A stretch of DNA of 64,000 bases from Candidatus Gottesmanbacteria bacterium (GTDB lineage Bacteria > Patescibacteriota > Microgenomatia > UBA10105 > UBA927), in NCBI GenBank assembly GCA_903821745.1, contig CAIJMI010000003.1, forward strand, positions 22,690 to 86,689. The letters are read 5' to 3'. Shown piece after piece: positions 27,963 to 37,524 of the stretch. Position 1 is the stretch's first letter, and each line of letters starts with the position of its first letter. Made by a program: the position numbers and the translations under genes. The notes under the pieces were generated by a model. The model searched no databases. It worked only from the letters and a program-made list of their open reading frames with translations, and was not told the origin of the DNA.

Positions 27963-28778
27963 TTACTCTGGTAGGCTGATTATACCAGTTTTGGAACGTG
28001 AGATTAAACTGTCCTTTAGAAGTGCGTGAAGAATAGTGTTCATAAAAATACTATCTTTTTTATATTGTTCCTGCATTTGTATTAATAATTCATGTTCGTT
28101 CCAAGTGTGTTGTGTGACTAAATCCAGCATCCGTCCTCGAAAATATCTAGTTGATTCTTTAAATACCACTGTTGTTTTCGCTTTCTTTACTTGTTTTCTT
28201 TCAAGTTCCAATGCTCCATAGTCCATTAATGCCTGATGCCATTCCCAAGATTTTCCTTTTGGTACCAATTGATCAGCAATCTCCTGCACTGCCTTTTCTG
28301 TTTGTGAAACATCTCTAAAAAAGAAATGCGTAAGAATTTGACGAATATTCGTGTCAACCATTGCAATATCTTTTTTATACGCAAATACTAATATGGCTCG
28401 TGCTGTATATTTACCTACTCCAGGAAGGCTTAATAATTTATTTTCGTCTGTTGGGAAGATATTGTTATATACAGTTACGACATTTTTTGCAGATGCATGT
28501 AAATATAATGCACGTCTGTTATATCCCATTCCTTGCCATATTCGCAGGACATCACCAAAACTGGCTTTTGCCAATGATTTCGCTGTAGGAAATTTTTCTA
28601 AAAATTCAATATATTTTGGCAACACCCGTGACACTTGGGTTTGCTGCAACATGATTTCAGAAACGAGAATTTTATATGGATCATGCGTCTTGCGCCACGG
28701 TAAATCCCGTCTATTCGTTTTCCACCATAAAAATATCTTCATCTGAAAAGCTCGAATTTGAGTAGATTTCAAGATCAT
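27963..28778 (-). CDS. HhH-GPD base-excision glycosylase, MutY/Nth-like but without Fe-S cluster cysteines
   Basis: 271 aa. N-terminus is MutY-like: LPWRKTHDPYKILVSEIMLQQTQV, LPGVGKYTA, VDTNIRQIL. The C-terminal 80 aa have no Cys-x6-Cys-x2-Cys-x5-Cys loop. Confidence 0.72.
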   Translation of the reverse strand: MILKSTQIRAFQMKIFLWWKTNRRDLPWRKTHDPYKILVSEIMLQQTQVSRVLPKYIEFLEKFPTAKSLAKASFGDVLRIWQGMGYNRRALYLHASAKNVVTVYNNIFPTDENKLLSLPGVGKYTARAILVFAYKKDIAMVDTNIRQILTHFFFRDVSQTEKAVQEIADQLVPKGKSWEWHQALMDYGALELERKQVKKAKTTVVFKESTRYFRGRMLDLVTQHTWNEHELLIQMQEQYKKDSIFMNTILHALLKDSLISRSKTGIISLPE

Positions 28779-29596
28779 TCTGAGGATGTCGGTTTGGGCG
28801 TTTCTATCGATTTAACCCCTTTTAGTAAATCACGAATCTGTCCTGCTAATTTTTGTGCGTCGTTCATTGCTTTTCGTGCTATCTCAAGCATGGCTCGTGC
28901 GCTTTGGAGTTCTGTTCTATTTCCCGGCCATCCATCAGGCGTCAAAACAACCACTTTTTTTATTGCACCCCTTGCTTGGGTTGTAGCTTCTGTTAACTTG
29001 GCCTGTCGCTGCGTCATGAGTCCATTTATCGCATCAACGGAAATACCTTTTGCTTTCACTTCATCTATTCTCATTTGTAATTTTGTTGTTAATGTTGTCA
29101 TTTCTCCCTCAATAAGGGAAAGAATTTTATCCCCATTTGCAATAATGTTCATTTTTGGAATATATAATACATAAATACGATATGAACGAACTATTGACTG
29201 AATGCTTGATCTCAATGCTTCAATATCTGTCTGCCCTGTGATAGTTGTTTTTAATGTAGTAAGCGATGTAATCTCTTCCTGCACCTGTGCAAAAAGTGTT
29301 GATTTTTGTACCTCCGTCAGTCTCTTTATCACAGTTATTTTCTCAATAAGTTTCGTTAAAGATGCAATTCGTCGATCAAGTTCTTTTATTGCTTTTTCTT
29401 TTAACCTCGATGTAATATTTGTAGTATTTTCAATCCGTTTTTCCATTTTTTGTGTGGCTCTCACTTCAATAGCAGCACGCCGATCCTCTATTTTTATTGG
29501 TATAGGTGTATTTGTTATCGTTTCTTCTACTGCATAGACAGATGATGTTATACACAATGCTATTCCGAATCCTACTATAAACAAAAATTTTTTCAT
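28775..29596 (-). CDS. Secreted coiled-coil protein, unknown function
   Basis: 273 aa with a signal peptide (MKKFLFIVGFGIALCITSSVYA) and long heptad-like Ile/Leu/Lys/Glu-rich segments. Confidence 0.45.
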   Translation of the reverse strand: MKKFLFIVGFGIALCITSSVYAVEETITNTPIPIKIEDRRAAIEVRATQKMEKRIENTTNITSRLKEKAIKELDRRIASLTKLIEKITVIKRLTEVQKSTLFAQVQEEITSLTTLKTTITGQTDIEALRSSIQSIVRSYRIYVLYIPKMNIIANGDKILSLIEGEMTTLTTKLQMRIDEVKAKGISVDAINGLMTQRQAKLTEATTQARGAIKKVVVLTPDGWPGNRTELQSARAMLEIARKAMNDAQKLAGQIRDLLKGVKSIETPKPTSSE

Positions 29597-29623
29597 ATTA
29601 TTCTCCTTTTTAAAACATTACCT

Positions 29624-29968
29624 TTACTCTGATAAATCTCCTATTTGATCGTTGAGTCCTGTATCAATTGATATAGCATCCAAATTAATAGTTTGCATGC
29701 TTTTATCAATATCTGTCACATCAGTATCAATTTTTGCATCTGTTGTGTCCGTTTGTTTAATCTGTGTCTTTGTAGGTGAAGCATTAAACAAACTTGTTTG
29801 AACTTTTTCCGTTGGCTTTGCAACAGCCTGCGTTGTATCTTGCGGGTTTGTCATTGCGACAGATGAACGCTTTTGAAGTATAAACAGACCTACTACTGTT
29901 ACAGCAATTAATATCGCTATTGCACCAATAACAACAATGGCACCACTTCCTCTACTGACGTATTTCAT
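29624..29968 (-). CDS. Membrane-anchored acidic Thr/Asp-rich protein, unknown function
   Basis: 114 aa with one N-terminal TM and a Thr/Asp/Gln-rich extracytoplasmic tail. Confidence 0.4.
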   Translation of the reverse strand: MKYVSRGSGAIVVIGAIAILIAVTVVGLFILQKRSSVAMTNPQDTTQAVAKPTEKVQTSLFNASPTKTQIKQTDTTDAKIDTDVTDIDKSMQTINLDAISIDTGLNDQIGDLSE

Positions 29969-30041
29969 ACATACTCCTTCATACAGTACCTATATTATAT
30001 AACTCCAGCATAAAAATCTATTCTATTGTACAATAGAGGAT

Positions 30042-30920
30042 ATGGAAACACAGAAAAAGAAGGTTGGAGTCGTCTGTATCGTCGGTCGCCCGAACGCCGG
30101 CAAATCAACACTTCTTAACATGATCTTAGGACAAAAGGTCTCTATAACCTCACCGAAGCCGCAAACAACTCGGTTTCCTTTGCAGGCAGTCTACGAAGAT
30201 GAACGTGGACAAATTATTTTTGTTGACACACCGGGCATTTTTGGAAAGACACCTGACCGCCTGTCAAAACGCGTTAACTCAAAGGCAGAAGAGGCACTTT
30301 CTTCTAACGTAGATGTTGTTGTTTACCTCATTGACCATACCCGAGACCGGGATTTTGAAGAAAACAAAGCGCTCGGCATAGTTCGAAAAACACATGCAGC
30401 AAAAATATTGGCAATTAATAAAATTGATATAAAAAATCCAACACACATTGTGCAATATAAATTCTTGGAAGATGAATTTGATGATGTTGTCGAACTTTCC
30501 GCACTTGAGGGCAAAAATATCCCTAATCTTTTAGATGCAATCTTTCGACATCTACATGAAGGAGAAAATTTAGTTGATACACAAACATTAACCCAACCGG
30601 GATTAAATCTTGATAGTCGCATGTTTCTGTCGGAAATTATTCGTGAAAAAGCGTATTTATTTTTGCGAAAAGAAGTTCCGTACTCTTTAACTGTCGCCAT
30701 TGATGAAACAACAGAACGGGATAACGGAACACTTTATATCAAAGCACGCATACTAACTAATCAAGATCGATACAAGAGAATGATTGTTGGCAAATCGGGA
30801 TATATGATCAAAGAAATATCCATGGCGTCACGTAAAGAATTGGAAACCGCAACAAACAAAAAGGTATTCTTAGATTTAACTGTTGAGGTTGACCCACATT
30901 GGGTAGATTATTTAGAGTAA
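30042..30920 (+). CDS. era: GTPase Era
   Basis: G1 GRPNAGKST, G2 T, G3 DTPG, G4 NKID, C-terminal KH domain. Confidence 0.9.
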   Translation: METQKKKVGVVCIVGRPNAGKSTLLNMILGQKVSITSPKPQTTRFPLQAVYEDERGQIIFVDTPGIFGKTPDRLSKRVNSKAEEALSSNVDVVVYLIDHTRDRDFEENKALGIVRKTHAAKILAINKIDIKNPTHIVQYKFLEDEFDDVVELSALEGKNIPNLLDAIFRHLHEGENLVDTQTLTQPGLNLDSRMFLSEIIREKAYLFLRKEVPYSLTVAIDETTERDNGTLYIKARILTNQDRYKRMIVGKSGYMIKEISMASRKELETATNKKVFLDLTVEVDPHWVDYLE

Positions 30921-32318
30921 CGATAGCCGCTCGAGGGTTTCTTCTTTTCCTAAAACCTCCAATGATTCAAGAAGTGGAGGTCCCACAGTTTTTCCGGTAA
31001 TTGCAAGACGAAGCTCCATAAATACCTCTTTTGCTTTGACGTCCTTTTTATCAGAAGCATTACGCATTGCTTTCTCCATTGCATCGTGTGTCCATGAAGC
31101 AACAGATGATAATGCATCAATTGCAATCTGTAGCATCTCTTTTTTAATATCCCGTTCAAATGCAACAGGACGAACAAAGAAAAAATCTGCAAGACTTTCA
31201 AACTCGCCAAGTGTTTTCATGCGCTCCTTCACAAGTGGTAATATTTTTTTCATCAAATCCTTGCTATCTTTTGGCACTGTGGCATCAAACGCCGTAATTT
31301 TTTCTATCAGTTCGTCTTCATTCATCTTTCGAATATATTCTCCATTCATCCAACGAAGTTTTTCCTGATCAAATACGGGCGCTGTAGTTTGCACATCTTT
31401 AAGCTCAAATTGCGCAATCATTTCATCAACACTAAATAATTCTTTTCCGTCATACGACCAGGCCATAGTCGCCATATAATTTTTCATTGCTTCTGGCAAG
31501 TACCCCTTTACGCGATAATCTGATACCCAAACGGGATTTTTTCGTTTAGAAAGCTTGCTTTTATCTGGATTTCGAAGGACCGACACATGTGCAATCTGTG
31601 GCATCTCCCACCCAAAGAACTGATACAACAGAATGTGTTTTGGTGTGGAGGAAATCCATTCCTCACCACGAATAATATGTGATATTTCCATGATGTGATC
31701 ATCAACGACAACACCTAAATGGTATGTTGGATATCCATCCGATTTTATAAGCACTTGATCATCAATTAATTTATTTTCAAAAGAAATGTCCCCGCGAATA
31801 AGATCATGAAATGTTGTTGTTCCCTCTTCTGGAACATTCAGTCTAATCACATATTTTTCTCCATTTGCAATCCGTTTTTTTGCCTCTTCAAGAGGAATTT
31901 TTTTACACAAGCCGTCATACATTGGTGGCTGATGATTCGCTTCCTGACTTTTCCGCATTTCCTCCAAGCGACTGGCCGTACAGAAACAATAATATGCATG
32001 TCCTTTTTCCGCTAATTCCTCTGCGTATTTTATATATATTGGTAATCTATCTGACTGGCGATACGGAGCAAATGGGCCTCCAATATCAGGTCCCTCTTGA
32101 TGAGGAATCCCCAACCATTCCAGTGATTTTAATATCCGTTGTTCGGATCCTTCAACAAGTCGTGTTCTGTCTGTATCTTCAACACGAATAATGAATTGAC
32201 CGTTATTTTTTTTCGCCACTACGTAGTTAATTAATGCAGTATAGGCGTTGCCAATATGCAGGTCCTGACCGGTCGGAGATGGTGCGATTCTTGTTCTAAC
32301 TTTGATCATAATAGCCAT
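30912..32318 (-). CDS. gltX: Glutamyl-tRNA synthetase
   Basis: 468 aa with a HIGN (HIGH-class) motif and KLSKR (KMSKS). Confidence 0.9.
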   Translation of the reverse strand: MAIMIKVRTRIAPSPTGQDLHIGNAYTALINYVVAKKNNGQFIIRVEDTDRTRLVEGSEQRILKSLEWLGIPHQEGPDIGGPFAPYRQSDRLPIYIKYAEELAEKGHAYYCFCTASRLEEMRKSQEANHQPPMYDGLCKKIPLEEAKKRIANGEKYVIRLNVPEEGTTTFHDLIRGDISFENKLIDDQVLIKSDGYPTYHLGVVVDDHIMEISHIIRGEEWISSTPKHILLYQFFGWEMPQIAHVSVLRNPDKSKLSKRKNPVWVSDYRVKGYLPEAMKNYMATMAWSYDGKELFSVDEMIAQFELKDVQTTAPVFDQEKLRWMNGEYIRKMNEDELIEKITAFDATVPKDSKDLMKKILPLVKERMKTLGEFESLADFFFVRPVAFERDIKKEMLQIAIDALSSVASWTHDAMEKAMRNASDKKDVKAKEVFMELRLAITGKTVGPPLLESLEVLGKEETLERLSLL

Positions 32319-32358
32319 TTGATTGTATCATAGAAATATACTGTATACTTAGTAAGGT

Positions 32359-33420
32359 ATGGCAACACTCACGGAAACTGCTTATCAGACAAGAAAGGCC
32401 ATTAATTGGATGATTCTTGCTATTATCGCCTATATTATCTTGCGTATTTTTTGGAGCATAACCAGTTCAATTTTTCTAATGATTTTTCCGCCTAAGGCGC
32501 CTCCACCAACACATGCGTTTGGAAAACTGCCCCCTCTCCAATTTCCTGCACCTGTTTCCTCACCATCTGGAACACTGACATTTCAACTTGAAACTATTGA
32601 AGGGACGGTGCCTAAAGCATCTGAATCAGCAACGGTCTTTTTTATGTCAAAATCAGCACCAAATCTGTTAGCACTCACTAACGCAACAGCGTTTGCAAAA
32701 CGGCTTGAGTTTATCAATGAGCCAATACAGGAAACAAAATATATCTATCGCTATGAAGACGCAGAGGCACCACTTCGAAAACTTCGCTATGACATCGTCA
32801 CAAAAAATTTCATTCTCCGTTATTTATACGAACAAGATATGGGAGTTTTCACCGAACGAAATATAGCCCTTGAAGATGCTGCAAAGATGGAGGCAAAAAA
32901 TATTCTTCAAACATACAATCTCTATGAAAAAGATATTGAGCTTGGGACAACAAAAGTACAGTATCTCAAACTCTCTGGTAATACGCTTACACAAACGACA
33001 AGCCAATCACAGGCTGATGCTGTTCGTATCGATTATTTCAGACAATCAGTAGCGGGGACGCAAATCGTTACGCCGTATCCCGGAGAAGGACCAATATCAT
33101 TTGTTTTTTCTGGATCAACAAATATTAAAAAACGAGTTTTACAATTTGCCTATACGTTCTGGCCCGTCGATTATCAAACAACAGCAACATATGCATTAAA
33201 ACCAAGTAGTCTTGCATGGACAGAACTTCAAAACGGACAGGGGTATATTGTTAGATATCCAAAAAAAACTCTGACTGCAGTCGTTCGAAAAGTCACACTT
33301 GCGTATTATGACTCCATAGAACCGCAGACGTATCTTCAACCTGTATTTGTCTTTGAAGGAGATAATGATTTTCTTGCATACGTTCCCGCAGTGGATGCGA
33401 CATGGGTCGAAGCAAAATAA
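32359..33420 (+). CDS. Membrane-anchored extracytoplasmic protein, unknown function
   Basis: 353 aa with one N-terminal TM, a Pro-rich spacer, then a mixed alpha/beta domain. No motif recognised. Confidence 0.45.
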   Translation: MATLTETAYQTRKAINWMILAIIAYIILRIFWSITSSIFLMIFPPKAPPPTHAFGKLPPLQFPAPVSSPSGTLTFQLETIEGTVPKASESATVFFMSKSAPNLLALTNATAFAKRLEFINEPIQETKYIYRYEDAEAPLRKLRYDIVTKNFILRYLYEQDMGVFTERNIALEDAAKMEAKNILQTYNLYEKDIELGTTKVQYLKLSGNTLTQTTSQSQADAVRIDYFRQSVAGTQIVTPYPGEGPISFVFSGSTNIKKRVLQFAYTFWPVDYQTTATYALKPSSLAWTELQNGQGYIVRYPKKTLTAVVRKVTLAYYDSIEPQTYLQPVFVFEGDNDFLAYVPAVDATWVEAK

Positions 33421-33434
33421 TTAGGTATTGTTCC

Positions 33435-34406
33435 TTACGGGGTATATGTTTGCCACTCAATATTTGTAAATGTCCAATTAATTAGAGCAATCGTATCACC
33501 AAACCGGTCAGCGCTTTTCAAAACGACAATGATAACTCGTCTTCCATTCCGTTCAATAAGAGTTACTAAATTTTCCCCTGCTTCTTCCGTCCAACCGGTT
33601 TTAATACCAGCAACCCCCGGAATTTTCCCCAATAATTGATTCACGTTACTTAACTTATGAAAATACGTATGTGTTACATCGGAAACAGTTATTTGTGGAA
33701 TACCCACCATTTTCGAAATGGTTTTATTAGCAAGTGCCACATCAGCTAGTCTTGCTAAATCTTCAGCAGTCATATAATGATCTGAATCATCATATCCAAC
33801 AGGATTTACAAAATGGCTTGCAGAAAGATGAAGACTTTCTGCTTTTTTATTCATCGCGTTAACGAACGCAGTAAGCCCACCTGGATAATTATTTGCAAGT
33901 GCGTATCCTGCATCATTACCAGAATAAATCAGCATGCCGTAGAGTAAATTTTCAACCGTTATCCGTTCCCCTGAAACAAGCCCCATCACTTGTCCATGAT
34001 TCATCGGTTGAACGACTGTCACTATGTCGTCAAGTTGCATTGAATCAAGTACGACAAGTGCCGTCAATATTTTTGTTGTCGATGCAGGAGCGAGTCGGTC
34101 TGTGCTATTTCGTTTAAAAATGTACACACCCGATGTCAAATCCTGAATCATGATGGATTTGGCTGATATTTCATTTCCAGGAATTACACCGGTTTTATTT
34201 ACTGGATATGGAGGAGGCACAGGAATGGTCACAACGGGGTCTTTGTTACTACCGATAAATTGTTCAACTACGTACCGATTTTGGCCCGGGTACCAAAGAA
34301 AAAATACAATAGCGACAACAAGGATGATCCATCTGTCAATCCGTGTAGTAATAACACGCGGAATCTTTTTAAAAATAGTTCGAATATTCTGCATGGCAGG
34401 GATCAA
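33435..34406 (-). CDS. dacA: D-alanyl-D-alanine carboxypeptidase (S11 family, PBP5/6-like)
   Basis: 323 aa with a signal anchor, SxxK ASTTK, SGN and KTG. Confidence 0.8.
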   Translation of the reverse strand: MIPAMQNIRTIFKKIPRVITTRIDRWIILVVAIVFFLWYPGQNRYVVEQFIGSNKDPVVTIPVPPPYPVNKTGVIPGNEISAKSIMIQDLTSGVYIFKRNSTDRLAPASTTKILTALVVLDSMQLDDIVTVVQPMNHGQVMGLVSGERITVENLLYGMLIYSGNDAGYALANNYPGGLTAFVNAMNKKAESLHLSASHFVNPVGYDDSDHYMTAEDLARLADVALANKTISKMVGIPQITVSDVTHTYFHKLSNVNQLLGKIPGVAGIKTGWTEEAGENLVTLIERNGRRVIIVVLKSADRFGDTIALINWTFTNIEWQTYTP

Positions 34407-34409
34407 TAA

Positions 34410-35813
34410 TTACTTTTTCTTTTTGAGGCTTAATCCTAATTCTTTCAGTTGTTCATCGGCTACTTTTCCTGGTGCATCCATAACACTTGTTTGACCACTG
34501 GATGTTTGTGGAAATGCCTGCACTTCTTTGATAGATGTTTCCCCCATCAATCCCATCAAAAATCTATCTATACCAAGCGCTATTCCTCCGTGAGGAGGAG
34601 CACCATATTGAAATGCAGTTAGCATATGTCCAAATTTTTCCTGAATTGCCTCTTTTGAATGCCCCAAAACTTCAAACACTTTTGCAAGCACCGCTGGATC
34701 GTTACTTCTAATACTACCGCCTCCTGCTTCATACCCATTCCAGACAAGATCATATTGTAGCGTTGCGATTCCTTCAATTTGCCCTTTCATAAATGCTTCT
34801 TTTTGTTCTTCGGGCATTCCTGAAAAAGGATTATGTGTATATGTCCATTTCCCTTCTTTATCTTTTTCAAAAAATGGAAAATCAATAACCCATGCGAATG
34901 CATTAATCCCGCTTTTCTTTTCCTCTTCTGTTCGAAGATCAAATTTATCTGCTCCGAATTGCTTCATCGCCTGGTCATAGGTATATATAGGAAAAGGTTT
35001 CTTTTGAATAATTCCTCCGAGTTTTTCAACAATTTCAGTAACCATCCGTTCAATTAAACCCATCACATCTTCCCGTTTTACAAAACTCATTTCAATATCA
35101 AGTTGTGTATGTTCAAATCCCCGATCGGCACGCAAATCTTCATCACGCATACACCGAGCGATTTGAAAATACCGTTCAAATCCTGCAACCATCAATAATT
35201 GTTTATATTGTTGTGGTGATTGTGGAAGTGCATAAAATTCGCCTTGTTGTAACCGTGATGGCACAAGAAAATCCCGTGAACCTTCTGGGGTAGATTTGGT
35301 AAGCAAAGGCGTTTCAATTTCCACAAAATCATTTTTGAACAAATACTCCCGCATCATGTTTACCACTTTTGACCGCATTCTAATATTTTTTTGTAATCGT
35401 TCACGACGCAAATCCAAATACCGGTATTTCAACCGTATCTCTTCATTAATATCCCGTCCATCCGTATCAAGAGGAAATGGAAGTTCTGTGGCATGAGAAA
35501 GAATGGTTACCGTTTGTGCTTCAATTTCAATGGTCCCCGTTGTCAGTTTTGGGTTAATCATTGATTCCGGACGTTTTTTAACTATACCCTCTATCTCCAC
35601 ACAATCTTCTGGTTTTACATCGCCCAGTGTTTTCATGGATACCACCTGCACGACACCTGATCGATCACGAACATCCAAAAACATAATTTTCCCGTGGTCA
35701 CGACGTGCATTAATCCATCCTTGTAGCACGACTTTTTCTCCAATTTTTTCAGGAGTTGAAGCAATAAGAGTTCTCATAGAACTCATTCTAAAGCTTCGGA
35801 TAATTCTTGACAA
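34410..35813 (-). CDS. aspS: Aspartyl-tRNA synthetase, short (archaeal/eukaryal-type, no GAD insertion)
   Basis: 467 aa. OB-fold N-terminus, class II motifs (FRDE-like CMRDED, GGGSIR). Confidence 0.88.
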   Translation of the reverse strand: MSRIIRSFRMSSMRTLIASTPEKIGEKVVLQGWINARRDHGKIMFLDVRDRSGVVQVVSMKTLGDVKPEDCVEIEGIVKKRPESMINPKLTTGTIEIEAQTVTILSHATELPFPLDTDGRDINEEIRLKYRYLDLRRERLQKNIRMRSKVVNMMREYLFKNDFVEIETPLLTKSTPEGSRDFLVPSRLQQGEFYALPQSPQQYKQLLMVAGFERYFQIARCMRDEDLRADRGFEHTQLDIEMSFVKREDVMGLIERMVTEIVEKLGGIIQKKPFPIYTYDQAMKQFGADKFDLRTEEEKKSGINAFAWVIDFPFFEKDKEGKWTYTHNPFSGMPEEQKEAFMKGQIEGIATLQYDLVWNGYEAGGGSIRSNDPAVLAKVFEVLGHSKEAIQEKFGHMLTAFQYGAPPHGGIALGIDRFLMGLMGETSIKEVQAFPQTSSGQTSVMDAPGKVADEQLKELGLSLKKKK

Positions 35814-35827
35814 GGGAGACTCAAAAC

Positions 35828-37489
35828 TTAGGTGAGATGGATATCACGAATTTTTATTTGCATCGTGGTCGTACCGTTCCAAACATTTTCATCAACAGTA
35901 TAGGCAACATCAACATGGGTACCAACAGGTATTACTTCAGCCATTTCCCCAAATCCGAATGCAACTGCGTCCATTATCTTCTTCTCTTCATCTTTCAATT
36001 TTAATTTTAAATGGTTCATTTTTGCACCAATTTTCCGAACCTGATCAACCATCACATTCCGAGAAACAAATACCGGTTCATAATTCCCTAGACCAAATGG
36101 AGCAAATGCAGAAATACCAATAAATAATGATTTTGTAATCATGGTGAGTGGAAGTTCTGTATCAACAAACAACGACCGTGTAAATAATGCATCTGAAATT
36201 ACTTCAACACTCTTTTGAGCAAAAAATGCTTTTAGTTCAGACAATTTTTTTGTTTCCACCGTAAATCCCGCAGCCATAGGATGACCACCAACATCAACTA
36301 AGAGATCTCCAGCACTTCTGATAAATTCAACAATGTTAAATCCTGCAATAGACCGTGCTGACGCTTTAGAAAATATCTCTCCCTCCGCAATCACAATGCT
36401 TGGTCGGTAATACTCTTCCACCAGTTTTCCAGCTACCAGTCCGATAATACCGGGGTTATATGATGGATCTGAAACAACCAACATTTTTTTCTTTTTAATA
36501 TCTTCAATTTTTGAAAGCCCTGTCAGTGCATGGAGGGTTGTGTCGACGGTTAGTTGTTGTCGTTCTTTGTTTGTCAGACCTAATTTGGAAGCTAGCATAG
36601 TTGCCCGTTCTTCATTTTTTGTACATAACAAACGGAGTGCATCAATGGCATGATCCAGTCTTCCCATTGCATTGAGGCGTGGGGCAATAATATGAGAGAT
36701 ATCAGACGTGACAATTGCTTTTTCCTCAAGGCCTGATTCTTTTATGAGCGCTAAGAGTCCAATCCGTTTCGTTTTTCCTATTTCAATAAGCCCGTATTTT
36801 GTAATGCTTCTATTTGGACCAACAAGTGGAACCATATCGGCAATGGTGCCAATAGTGGCAAGAGCTAGTAAATCCTGCACCTTTGTTCGCTCATTTTCTG
36901 TTAACAAGGTTTTAGCAATAAACCAGGAAATACCCGCACCACAAAGATCCGTTGTATGAACGGTGACACAATCAGGCAAATGCTTTGGGGGCAGATGGTG
37001 ATCAGAGATAATAACGTCTATCCCTAGATTTTGTGCGTACTTAACTTGTTGCCATGCGGTAATACCATGATCCACCGTTATGATAAGCGTCGGATTGAAT
37101 TCTGTGACACAAGTCTGAATACCCTTTTCTGACAACCCATATCCTTCTTCAATTCGATGCGGAACATACGGCATCACTTGTGCGCCTAATGAATGAAGCG
37201 CTTCCCACATAATTGCTCCTGCTGTTATTCCGTCGGCATCATAATCGGCATAGACGACAATTGATTCTTTGTTTTTAATTGCTTTTTCAATACGAGCAAC
37301 TGCCTTTTTTAAAGAAGTTCCCTGTATGCCCACTTCATGCGGTGTTAAATCGATTGGCTGTTTTGGATGAAGAAATGCCTCTTTTGTGCTTTTGGTCGTC
37401 AATCCTCTGTTTGCAAGAAGGACTTCAACAACGTCGTCAACATTCTTAATTTTTTCAAAGTTTGTATCCTGTATATTCCAGTTTTTCAT
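35828..37489 (-). CDS. recJ: Single-stranded-DNA-specific exonuclease RecJ
   Basis: 553 aa. DHH motifs (DYDADGITA, DHH) and a DHHA1 domain. Confidence 0.88.
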   Translation of the reverse strand: MKNWNIQDTNFEKIKNVDDVVEVLLANRGLTTKSTKEAFLHPKQPIDLTPHEVGIQGTSLKKAVARIEKAIKNKESIVVYADYDADGITAGAIMWEALHSLGAQVMPYVPHRIEEGYGLSEKGIQTCVTEFNPTLIITVDHGITAWQQVKYAQNLGIDVIISDHHLPPKHLPDCVTVHTTDLCGAGISWFIAKTLLTENERTKVQDLLALATIGTIADMVPLVGPNRSITKYGLIEIGKTKRIGLLALIKESGLEEKAIVTSDISHIIAPRLNAMGRLDHAIDALRLLCTKNEERATMLASKLGLTNKERQQLTVDTTLHALTGLSKIEDIKKKKMLVVSDPSYNPGIIGLVAGKLVEEYYRPSIVIAEGEIFSKASARSIAGFNIVEFIRSAGDLLVDVGGHPMAAGFTVETKKLSELKAFFAQKSVEVISDALFTRSLFVDTELPLTMITKSLFIGISAFAPFGLGNYEPVFVSRNVMVDQVRKIGAKMNHLKLKLKDEEKKIMDAVAFGFGEMAEVIPVGTHVDVAYTVDENVWNGTTTMQIKIRDIHLT

Positions 37490-37524
37490 GGTCTCTATGG
37501 TATCATAAGAGGAGCAAATACCGT

